A program made the translations under genes and the position numbers. This document shows, in pieces, positions 1 to 7,889 of a DNA stretch of 64,000 nucleotides. The notes under the pieces were generated by a model. It was not told where the DNA came from, ran no database searches, and was given only the letters and a program-made list of their open reading frames with translations. The first letter of the stretch is position 1. Each line of letters begins with the position of its first letter. Source of the stretch: Nitrososphaeraceae archaeon (lineage in GTDB: Archaea; Thermoproteota; Nitrososphaeria; Nitrososphaerales; Nitrososphaeraceae); contig JASKBU010000088.1 of NCBI GenBank assembly GCA_033272285.1, forward strand, positions 8,687 through 72,686. Direction: 5' to 3'.

Positions 1-800
1 TTTCCTCGCCAGAAGCGGCAAGAGTTGCGTTTGGTTTGGGAATACCTCACGTCACCTTTAGTGATTCCCCACATGCTCAGGCTGTTCAAAAGTTGACAAT
101 TCCGTTTGTTAATTATCTTTTATGTCCTTGGATTATTCCATATTCGGCATGGGACAATTTGGGTATCTCGAGAAATCAAATTGTTCGTTATCGGGCACTA
201 GATCCGGTTGCGTGGCTAAGAAAGGAAACAAAAAATATTGACTCGGCTAAATTAAAGAAAAAATATCAACTTTCAAAAAGCAATACGTTTGTGATTAGGC
301 CTGAAGAAAGTAAGGCGTCATATTTGATCGACAAGGCTAATAATAATGTGAATGATATCTTAAAATCTATAGTTCAGAACTTTCATGATACAACAAATAT
401 CCTGGTCCTATGCAGATATCAGGACCAAATGATACAATTCAAGGAAAAATATGGCGACAAAATCAGGGTATTGAAAAATGTAGTCGACGGCTTGGAGCTT
501 ATATCGGTTGCCGATATCTTTATTGGCGGTGGTGGAACCATGACTGCCGAATCAGCACTCCTTGGAAAACCAACTATTTCAATTTCTCCGATAAAATTCT
601 ATGTAGATGACTATCTGGTAAAAACCGGTCTCATTTATAAAATTGGAAATCCAGCCCAGATTGTAAAAAGACTACGCCGCATTCAATCTGATAATTTATT
701 TAGGCTTAGGCAGAAAAATAGAGCTCAACATATACTGAAACGAATGGAAGACCCAGCGAACAAATTGCTAAAAATTGTTGGTAAATTCGTATCTTTATAA
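1..800 (+). CDS. DUF354-family protein (GT-B/epimerase-like fold), 5' end outside window
   Basis: The frame stays open back to base 3 (..SSPEAARVAFGLGIPHV..), so the listed TTG at 36 is internal. GGGGTMTAESALLGKPTIS resembles a GT-B nucleotide-sugar binding loop. Family assigned from memory of DUF354 sequences. Confidence 0.6.
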   Translation, partial: SSPEAARVAFGLGIPHVTFSDSPHAQAVQKLTIPFVNYLLCPWIIPYSAWDNLGISRNQIVRYRALDPVAWLRKETKNIDSAKLKKKYQLSKSNTFVIRPEESKASYLIDKANNNVNDILKSIVQNFHDTTNILVLCRYQDQMIQFKEKYGDKIRVLKNVVDGLELISVADIFIGGGGTMTAESALLGKPTISISPIKFYVDDYLVKTGLIYKIGNPAQIVKRLRRIQSDNLFRLRQKNRAQHILKRMEDPANKLLKIVGKFVSL

Positions 801-830
801 ATCAGGTGTTCCATAAAAAAATCGTCCGGC

Positions 831-923
831 AGCCCGGTAGAGAATTTATAATTCGCTGAGTGTAGTGGCCAAGCATAGAGGCCTTTGGAGCCTTTGACCC
901 CAGTTCGAATCTGGGCCGGGCTA
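831..923 (+). tRNA. tRNA-Gln(UUG) with a ~20-nt intron near nt 9/10
   Basis: Acceptor AGCCCGG/CCGGGCT. D arm GTGT-AGTGGCCAA-GCAT. Anticodon arm GAGGC-CTTTGGA-GCCTT (TTG at 885-887). T arm CCCAG-TTCGAAT-CTGGG, discriminator A. About 840-859 must be removed to join the acceptor to the D stem, giving a 73-nt mature tRNA. Confidence 0.85.
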
Positions 924-1063
924 ATTTAATTTTCTCGTATTTTAATAATCGTAGTAGTTGCAAGTAGTAACAATATACATACAAAAACGCTCGTCGCACA
1001 CCCCGGACATAGTATGCTCATAAAATTATATTAATACACTAGTAAGATGTTATTCTTAATGTA

Positions 1064-1098
1064 TGTCATTTATTGTATTGTCATTTATTGTATGTCAT
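1064..1098. repeat. 15-bp tandem direct repeat (tgtcatttattgtat x2 plus a partial third copy)
   Basis: 1064-1078 and 1079-1093 are identical, followed by gtcat. A further tatgtcatt occurs at about 1132. A ttcggg motif occurs twice nearby (about 1105 and 1158). Confidence 0.9.
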
Positions 1099-1196
1099 CA
1101 TACCTTCGGGCAGCTTTACACTATGTCATTCAAGTCGCATTATACTCTTCGGGATTGACGAAAAACACTTTACCTTTTATGAGATAATACCGGCAT

Positions 1197-1466
1197 TTAG
1201 GTATTATATTCTTTCGTAGTATCAATAAGTTCGTTAATATTAGTGAAAAGCTGCAAAAATCTTAAACCTTTTTCCGTAATCTTATACAAATGTTCATCCT
1301 CTTCAACCTTTATTAAATCATTTTCAAGCATTATGGAAAGATATTTTTTCAGCTGATAATGAGAGAGAAAGGATTTGTACATTATTGTTGTTATTCCGAC
1401 TCCCTTTGGATTATTTGCGGATTGCAAAATTGAGGCAAAGATATCCGTGCGGCTTCTGTATTTCAT
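1197..1466 (-). CDS. small winged-helix DNA-binding protein (HTH_45-like)
   Basis: 89 aa. The pattern ..MYKSFLSHYQLKKYLSIMLENDLIKVEE....YKITEKGLRFL is typical of small archaeal wHTH regulators. Confidence 0.6.
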   Translation of the reverse strand: MKYRSRTDIFASILQSANNPKGVGITTIMYKSFLSHYQLKKYLSIMLENDLIKVEEDEHLYKITEKGLRFLQLFTNINELIDTTKEYNT

Positions 1467-1623
1467 GATTTATACTTTTTGAATACTCAATCAATTTTAA
1501 TATATCTTGTGGATGTCAAGACACCTTTTTTGGGAATCCTAAAACTTACGAACAAAAGCAAAAAGGGAAAAATAAAAAATAAAAAGTAAAAAGTAATAAG
1601 GAAATAAGATTACTTACGACAAG

Positions 1624-1956
1624 TTGGAAGAAACACAATTTAGATACAAAATAACACAGCTTTCCGATAATGGTACTAACATTACTTTGTCCCTAATTGA
1701 AGATATAGAATTAGAATCTATATCACAGCAGCAGTTAATGTTGGAGGCCATTGACAGATCGATATCTGATGACGAGGTAAAGAAGCAAATAAAGCCAATC
1801 CTTGAAGCTATACTACGGTCCCAGCCACAAACTGTAATCAAGACATATCCAAAAACGCTAGTTCAGATTAATATGCCTAGGCAAAAATACGAAAAAATAG
1901 GAAGCCCTGGAGTGGGCAGTGGCATTATCATTGATATCAAGGCCGATACCAAGTAG
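1624..1956 (+). CDS. hypothetical protein
   Basis: 110-aa ORF with a TTG start and no recognisable motif. The antisense ORF 1614-1841 looks spurious. Confidence 0.35.
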   Translation: MEETQFRYKITQLSDNGTNITLSLIEDIELESISQQQLMLEAIDRSISDDEVKKQIKPILEAILRSQPQTVIKTYPKTLVQINMPRQKYEKIGSPGVGSGIIIDIKADTK

Positions 1957-2070
1957 AACTATTCTTATATCATAAATGACCATTATAATTTCTTGACAAA
2001 TCTCTAGTAGATTAGAAATGCAACTCAAAACAGGTCTAAAAATGCAATAATGCAAAAATAAGTTAAGATA

Positions 2071-2373
2071 CTAGACGGTATACATTATGCCACCAGATAC
2101 TATGGGAACTGAGCCCACATTTGCAATTTCCTTTATCCTAGCGATTAGAGCATTGAACCAAAGACTATCAATTCCCTGGCTCCAGATGGTTATCTTCTTG
2201 TAATCTCTCTTGACTCCATCACTAAAAAAACCATTACAATCTTCTACGGTGATATTGTTATATTTTTGACTAATTTCATCTATCAAATCTTTAGCCTGAG
2301 TCACTAGATATACGATTGTTAGTGTGGGAAAAGGTATAGTATTAGAAGCTGTTGAGGAGATATCTTCCGCCAT
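2071..2373 (-). CDS. hypothetical protein
   Basis: 100-aa ORF with an ATG start and no recognisable motif. Confidence 0.4.
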   Translation of the reverse strand: MAEDISSTASNTIPFPTLTIVYLVTQAKDLIDEISQKYNNITVEDCNGFFSDGVKRDYKKITIWSQGIDSLWFNALIARIKEIANVGSVPIVSGGIMYTV

Positions 2374-2535
2374 ATTATCTCATCTAATTATTTCATTTAG
2401 ATAAATATCTTGTTTTTGTAATCACTATGATATTTTTTGTCTTTTGTAAAATTTAATCTCAAGACTGATAACATGAACAGTGATACATAAACACATAAAG
2501 ACAGATATAGTTCTGGAGCATTAGATATTGTTCAC

Positions 2536-3060
2536 ATGAATGACCTTGAGTTCTTGAATGGTCTATTGGCAAGCAACCCATCTTTGAGGTTTTCAGGATT
2601 AGTCGAAAAATCAGGACACCTTTGCGCTAGTATGTTCCGACAGGGGCTAAACGAGCACCTTAAAGGACGAAACCCAGAAATAAGCTATACTCAATCTGCG
2701 TACATCGTTGAACTTAGGAAAATATTTGAATCTGAATTGGGGAATCTGCACTCAGTTATTTACGTTTATGAAAAGGTAATTATGTTTAGCATTCCAATAA
2801 AAAATCACGTTGTCGTTATTTCCACAGAAAGGAATATCGACATTAATTCTGTTTTCGAACAAGTACAGTCCTTCATAAAGAATTCTGAATCAGAGCTAGA
2901 CATACAGCTTGATGTAAAAAATATTAGTCTAGATAAAAAAGAAAGTGTCAGGAATTTATACGATTCTGGGATATCCGAAGAAATGATTGCAGAACAGGTT
3001 GACTTGAATTTGGCGACTGTCAAAAGCCTGGTAAAAATTATCGCTACAAAGACAGACTAG
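2536..3060 (+). CDS. uncharacterised ~115-aa domain (paralogue of 60708-61058) fused to a C-terminal HTH-like tail
   Basis: The N-terminal 115 aa align by eye with ORF 60708-61058 (L.G.LA..P..RF.G....G....R.GL..L....YEK...H...++TE..D...V). The C-terminal SGISEEMIAEQVDLNLATVKSLV looks like a helix-turn-helix. Confidence 0.6.
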   Translation: MNDLEFLNGLLASNPSLRFSGLVEKSGHLCASMFRQGLNEHLKGRNPEISYTQSAYIVELRKIFESELGNLHSVIYVYEKVIMFSIPIKNHVVVISTERNIDINSVFEQVQSFIKNSESELDIQLDVKNISLDKKESVRNLYDSGISEEMIAEQVDLNLATVKSLVKIIATKTD

Positions 3061-3104
3061 TGCAAATTATTTTGTTTTAACCATGAGATTTAGAAACCAA
3101 GTCA

Positions 3105-3138
3105 ACTGACTGACTGACTAACTGACTGAGTAACTGAC
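3105..3138. repeat. imperfect (ACTG)n tetranucleotide repeat giving stops in all three + frames
   Basis: Sequence is actgactgactgac-ta-actgactgag-ta-actgac. TGA at 3107, 3111 and 3115 covers the three frames, and TAA occurs at 3119 and 3131. Confidence 0.9.
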
Positions 3139-3169
3139 ACTTGCAAGCTGGTCGACGTCTGATTTAGTC

Positions 3170-3910
3170 CTAACCATACGCATCCATCTCACTTTCTGTG
3201 CCCTGTGTTTTTATTTTGGTTATCTCTTTTTCAATCTTTTCAGCTTCCTGTAATAGTAACGGGATATTGCATGATACACCCGGAACAAGATTGCTTATTG
3301 TTGTGGATAATTCGGCTGCCGCTCTAAAATCTGGAATTCCTTCAATAATTTTTACCAACAAGACGATTACATCAATACCCAACACTGAGCTCTGATTTAA
3401 TAATACTGCCGGAATTCCTCCTATAGTACCATTATTCAGTAACGCTATTTTTGAATCTTTTAACCTGTTCCTTGCTCCCACTGTATTGCCAATTGCTGTA
3501 ATTGAATATTCATTTGGATTAGAAGCGTTAGTAGGTTGAGGATTTACACTGTTACTTGAGCTAATGATGAGGTCACATTCATTGTCCTTCGCCCAATCTA
3601 GCATAGTATTTCCAACGAGATAGTACAGTGATGGCTCTATACTTATTTCCGAGATAAAAATTGCTGTCTTTAATTCCTCATTTGCGTATATTCTTACTGG
3701 AAAATAGGGGATAGAGTTTCTAACTACAGATAACTGAGAAAAGTACGATGATTCTATTGTTGCTATCAATTGTGTGTTGATTGAATGAAGTATACATTCA
3801 GATGCAATAGTATTTGTAATCCCAGTCGTTGCGAAACCATCTATCACTGTTCCACCTTTTAGATTCATTTTCTTTAAAGTCTTGATGACCAATGTCTGCG
3901 AGTTTGACAT
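3170..3910 (-). CDS. proteasome assembly chaperone (PAC2/DUF75) family protein
   Basis: 246 aa. N-terminal GGTVIDGFATTGITNTIASECIL and overall size match my recollection of the archaeal PAC2 family. Confidence 0.65.
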   Translation of the reverse strand: MSNSQTLVIKTLKKMNLKGGTVIDGFATTGITNTIASECILHSINTQLIATIESSYFSQLSVVRNSIPYFPVRIYANEELKTAIFISEISIEPSLYYLVGNTMLDWAKDNECDLIISSSNSVNPQPTNASNPNEYSITAIGNTVGARNRLKDSKIALLNNGTIGGIPAVLLNQSSVLGIDVIVLLVKIIEGIPDFRAAAELSTTISNLVPGVSCNIPLLLQEAEKIEKEITKIKTQGTESEMDAYG

Positions 3911-4003
3911 TGATTTATCTTAAGGATACTGCTTTAAGAATCTTAATGCACGAATTTGGAAAATTACTATCAGGTTGGACTCAATATTTCTAAAACCGAA
4001 TCT

Positions 4004-4780
4004 CTATGATTTTAACAAATTTAGTATTCGTTGAAATTTTTCACGGTTCATGTATTTTTTATATTCTTTGATACTTTTGATAATGTATGTCCTTTCCTTA
4101 TTGATCGCATTTTGTAATTTCGCATGTATCGGTCCATGTAGAAAAATTGATTGAGATACGCTAGTCACGTTACTGCTCCTCCTTTTTGTACTTGATGTTT
4201 CAAAATCCATAATTGTTGGTAAACCATCTGACGACACTACTATATGTCGGTCAAGCCTGCTCAGTTGGCCGTGGTCAAGTTTTAGGCAGTCAAGAAGGAA
4301 AGACTGTTGAAGTATTGCATTAGTGCAACGTAGCATCTTTTTGTTTGATATTTGCGATTTGTACCAACTCTCAATGTTTGACCCTTTGATATACTCCATC
4401 AATATGAAATTTTCAGAAAAATTTACGAGGAAAGGACCAATCCCGATTGAGTTTGCAAGTGATTGATACAGTACTTCATCATACATATTCACTCTATTAG
4501 CGTCAGTTCTTCTTATCTTCAACGCTAGAAGTTTATTTTTGTACTTTACCAGAGTTACCAAGCCAACAGATCCCTTACCTATTATGTGGGCCATTTTCAA
4601 TTGTACATTACCAAATGAGAATACCGAGTTAATATCCATAGATGACAATTCTCTCATCCTACTATCAAAAATCTTTTCATCAAATAAAGGATAAGTCAGT
4701 AAAAATTCTAGACTTTTCCTATTATCTGTGTCTAATAAATTCTCCATCACGGACCATGTGATTAATGGCAGTGGAAACAA
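4004..4780 (-). CDS. small atypical Ser/Thr protein kinase (RIO/Bud32-like, COG2112-like)
   Basis: Gly-rich loop IGKGSVGLV, Lys in LLALKIRR, catalytic-loop-like LDHGQLS, and IMDFE as a DFG-equivalent. The listed start overlaps the cca 3' end by 59 nt. Alternative starts are Met12 (4747) and Met42 (4657). Confidence 0.6.
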   Translation of the reverse strand: MFPLPLITWSVMENLLDTDNRKSLEFLLTYPLFDEKIFDSRMRELSSMDINSVFSFGNVQLKMAHIIGKGSVGLVTLVKYKNKLLALKIRRTDANRVNMYDEVLYQSLANSIGIGPFLVNFSENFILMEYIKGSNIESWYKSQISNKKMLRCTNAILQQSFLLDCLKLDHGQLSRLDRHIVVSSDGLPTIMDFETSSTKRRSSNVTSVSQSIFLHGPIHAKLQNAINKERTYIIKSIKEYKKYMNREKFQRILNLLKS

Positions 4781-6080
4781 AACTATTCAACACTCTTTCA
4801 TTTGCCAAATAGATAGAATATCCTTTTGAAAGATCTAAAGCAATTCCAGTTTTGGCACCAGATTTGATGTCCTTTTCAATTATTGCACTTGTATGCTCCT
4901 TAATCGGTCTTTTCTCGGTTTCTTCAATGCTCATAATTCTCATACCTTCCGTGCACATAATAATTGATTTGCTCTTTCTTTTTTTGATAAATGCATCTGT
5001 TTCTGCTCCTAGAAATATTTCAGGGCCATCATTAACTGTTAATTTTGGCAATTTTGCAACCTCTGCCATAAAGATAAATACTGCACGTTCCTGCTCATCA
5101 GTAAAGCAAAATGTCTTAATTATTTCAAATCTTGCATTTTCAAGCTGTTTTGAAATGCTAGCCAGTTTTCTTTTTAGCTGGCCCCATATTATGTCAGGAC
5201 TCCTTCTTTGAATCTTAAATTCTACTACAAGCAAATTTGATTTAATTTGCCCTATAGCTTTTGCATTGGGCTTGTGTGATACTTTGAAAAATTCAAAAGA
5301 AGGATCTTTCAAAAAGTGTCTTGATGCCAGCACAAATTTTGCAACACAGTCAGCTGATATGGCAGCACCAAGGTTTCTATTTGCATCAATAGGATCAATT
5401 ATTATAATGGGACTCTTAAATTTCGAGATTATTTTTTCATCCGGAGTATATATCGAAACGACGTAATTTGGCATAAGTTCAGCAAATGTTTGCAGAACAT
5501 TCCTAAAAGAACCATATTTTAAGATGAGTACCTCAGTTACATAACCACTAAAACCTGAAATGGATATTTGCGAACCATATGTTCCTATTGACTTTAAGAA
5601 TAGTTTGAGGACTCTTACCTGACTTTTCAAAAATTCATTTAACATCTTTTGCATAAAATCTGTGTGATACGGCGATCTATCCGCGGCACTTTTCCACCTG
5701 TTTTTTTCAACTTTGTAACAAGGTACTATGTTTACTCTTATGCCGTCAACTTTCCCCTCAACGTACGGATGTTCAGAGTATCGTAAGTAAGGTTTGTATT
5801 TTTTTAAAGCATGATAACCAACTTTTTTGCCCAGTTCTTCGAATTCCTTTCGATCTACCGTTTGTTCTATCATTACAAAAAAGTCGATGTCAGTATCGTT
5901 ATCAAGCCAGGTACCTTTCGCAAACGATCCACCTAAAATGACTTTTAAAATTCTTTTATCTTTAAAATTCAAAATTTCATTTTTTATATCATTTGATATT
6001 TTTGCTAATTTCTTCTGCCCTGATTTTGACGGAGCTGAAGACTCTGATATTTTTTGTATCGCGTTTTCTGTAGAATTCAT
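4722..6080 (-). CDS. cca: CCA-adding enzyme (class I archaeal tRNA nucleotidyltransferase)
   Basis: GGSFAKGTWLDNDTDIDFFV nucleotidyltransferase signature. The 452-aa size is typical of the archaeal enzyme. Confidence 0.9.
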   Translation of the reverse strand: MNSTENAIQKISESSAPSKSGQKKLAKISNDIKNEILNFKDKRILKVILGGSFAKGTWLDNDTDIDFFVMIEQTVDRKEFEELGKKVGYHALKKYKPYLRYSEHPYVEGKVDGIRVNIVPCYKVEKNRWKSAADRSPYHTDFMQKMLNEFLKSQVRVLKLFLKSIGTYGSQISISGFSGYVTEVLILKYGSFRNVLQTFAELMPNYVVSIYTPDEKIISKFKSPIIIIDPIDANRNLGAAISADCVAKFVLASRHFLKDPSFEFFKVSHKPNAKAIGQIKSNLLVVEFKIQRRSPDIIWGQLKRKLASISKQLENARFEIIKTFCFTDEQERAVFIFMAEVAKLPKLTVNDGPEIFLGAETDAFIKKRKSKSIIMCTEGMRIMSIEETEKRPIKEHTSAIIEKDIKSGAKTGIALDLSKGYSIYLANERVLNSFVSTAINHMVRDGEFIRHR

Positions 6081-6637
6081 TTGCCCTTCACGGATATTAT
6101 GTTCTCGTATGTAGGACCATGAGGGGTTATGAGGCTCTTTTTTACTGAAATTGCATCGATTACATCATCAATTTTATTATCTGATTGGACGTGTTGTAGG
6201 TTCAAACAAAGTGGCACCTTCCTTGCTCTAAATAGTGTTATGTGTGGTATTATCTCTTTTTCCATCTCATTTTCTAACTTTAGATCCAGTTCCTTTAGTT
6301 TAGATATGACGATATCGTACATTTGAGAGAAGGTGTGTTTTGTTTCCTCATCCAATCCTATCCATATAACTTTAGCCCGCTTAAAATCTGGAAAAGCGCC
6401 TATTGGGTCATAACTTATTCCAAATGACTGAAATTCTATTTCTGAAATTTTTGTAACAATCTTATCAAGTAATGAATCATTTATTTCACCAAAAAATACT
6501 AGTGTAAAATGAAAATTTTCTGGCTTTACAAGTTTTAGATGTACATGTTCAAGCTTCAAACTAGATATCAAATTCTTTTGAATGTTTTCAAGTTCACCCT
6601 TTCTATGTATATCCGCGGCTACAAATACCCTTGGCAT
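6077..6637 (-). CDS. thpR: RNA 2',3'-cyclic phosphodiesterase (2H family, ThpR/LigT)
   Basis: Two H-x-T-x motifs (HFTLVF and HITLFR) at the spacing typical of 2H phosphoesterases. There is a 4-nt overlap with the cca start. Confidence 0.85.
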   Translation of the reverse strand: MPRVFVAADIHRKGELENIQKNLISSLKLEHVHLKLVKPENFHFTLVFFGEINDSLLDKIVTKISEIEFQSFGISYDPIGAFPDFKRAKVIWIGLDEETKHTFSQMYDIVISKLKELDLKLENEMEKEIIPHITLFRARKVPLCLNLQHVQSDNKIDDVIDAISVKKSLITPHGPTYENIISVKGK

Positions 6638-6781
6638 AGCAACAAAATATCGAGTTTACTAATATTAAAATTTGAACGGGCAGGTAAGAAACAAGGTACT
6701 ATGGTGAGCTTTACTTCACTCAATAAAACAGGCAAAGCTTTTATCGCAAGTATTAAATAATTTACTAAAACTCAAATTGAT

Positions 6782-7288
6782 ATGTTATTTGGAAAGCCCA
6801 AGATAAAGGAGGGAGATTACGTATTTCTTTCCCAGGATTACTCTGGAAAATTAAGACTGGTCATAGGACGAATTACTTCATTAGCTGATTCAATTGCAAG
6901 AGTAAGAGGTTCATATGTCATTCCTGAAGGGCTTATTGAAAAGGTAACTTCTGGAAGAGGTGAGGGCAGACCTAAAGCTGTTCTTCAAGATCCTGATCCA
7001 AATAACTGTATATTCATGCTAATTGATTATGTTGAAACTGGCATTTTTGATGAAGACATCGATATTGATTCATCGAAAGCAAAATGGATAAATGAAGAGC
7101 GATTTCACGTACTGGATGGATGGTTAAAAGAAAATCTGGCTGAACTTTTTGCTAACGTGTTAAGGGCTAAGACTGAGGAGGATAGAATGGAAGCAAGAGC
7201 AATTCTGCTAGAAAAAATGAATTCGCTCTATGAAAGAGATCTGAGGGACCATATGTACGCTGTAGCAAGAAGTACGAAAATACTTTGA
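6782..7288 (+). CDS. hypothetical protein (immediately upstream of rpl12, same strand)
   Basis: 168-aa ORF with an ATG start and coding-like composition. It lies 43 nt upstream of the P1 gene. No motif recognised. Confidence 0.55.
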   Translation: MLFGKPKIKEGDYVFLSQDYSGKLRLVIGRITSLADSIARVRGSYVIPEGLIEKVTSGRGEGRPKAVLQDPDPNNCIFMLIDYVETGIFDEDIDIDSSKAKWINEERFHVLDGWLKENLAELFANVLRAKTEEDRMEARAILLEKMNSLYERDLRDHMYAVARSTKIL

Positions 7289-7331
7289 TTTTGAAAGTTT
7301 TATATTATGGTCATGAATAGGCATTCTTTAA

Positions 7332-7646
7332 ATGGAATACGTATATGCTGCATTATTACTACACAAATTAAACAAGGATATCACTGAAGATAATGTAAAA
7401 AATGTCATAAAAGCAACTGGTGCAAGCCCTGATGAAGTAAAGATAAAGGCTCTCGTAGCAGCCTTGAGCGAGGTAAACATTGAAGAATCTCTAAAGGCAA
7501 CTCCTATGGCTATGGCCGTACCTGCAACATCAGCTGCTGCTGGTGATGCTGGAGCGACACAAGCAAAGGATGAGAAGGCCGAAGAGAAAAAGGAAGAAAA
7601 GAAGGAAGAAGAAGCCTTGGAAGGATTATCTTCTTTATTCGGTTAG
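7332..7646 (+). CDS. rpl12: 50S ribosomal stalk protein P1 (L12e)
   Basis: [11 protein letters not shown].. N-terminus, Ala-rich hinge, and acidic tail [21 protein letters not shown]. Confidence 0.95.
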   Translation: MEYVYAALLLHKLNKDITEDNVKNVIKATGASPDEVKIKALVAALSEVNIEESLKATPMAMAVPATSAAAGDAGATQAKDEKAEEKKEEKKEEEALEGLSSLFG

Positions 7647-7680
7647 ATTTCCTTTTTTACTTAGTTTTTATTTTTTAGAA
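7647..7680 (+). terminator. T-tract termination region after rpl12
   Basis: Three oligo-T runs (cctttttt, gttttt, atttttt) lie directly after the stop codon. Archaeal termination uses oligo-T tracts. Confidence 0.4.
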
Positions 7681-7760
7681 TTAATTGCGTAATGCTATCT
7701 TTACTTATTCGTTGATTTGTTCATTAATGTAGAATTGATAGGACTTCATATTCTGTTATC

Positions 7761-7808
7761 TTTGTATCATAATCATAATGCTCATTTGTATCATAATCAT
7801 AATGCTCA
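7761..7808. repeat. perfect 24-bp tandem duplication (tttgtatcataatcataatgctca x2)
   Basis: 7761-7784 is identical to 7785-7808. It lies in the convergent spacer between rpl12 and the P0 gene. Confidence 0.95.
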
Positions 7809-7843
7809 AGTAAGCAACATCATTTTTTGGGACTAAAATATGT

Positions 7844-7878
7844 AAAAAATTGGGAGCGATTACTTTTTGTCGAATCGC
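7844..7878 (-). terminator. hairpin plus T-run downstream of the L1-P0 operon
   Basis: On the minus strand, GCGATT-(11 nt)-AATCGC is followed by ..CCCAATTTTTT, about 12 nt after the P0 stop. Confidence 0.45.
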
Positions 7879-7889
7879 AATAATTGAGA

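Noticed and set aside
802-999. 65-aa minus-strand ORF.
   Set aside because: It lies antisense across the tRNA-Gln gene. The GC-rich tRNA keeps the frame open by chance.
1064-7808. Tandem repeats at 1064-1098 and 7761-7808, considered as CRISPR fragments.
   Set aside because: There are only two adjacent copies with no spacers, the units are 15 and 24 bp, and there are no cas genes. These are simple duplications.
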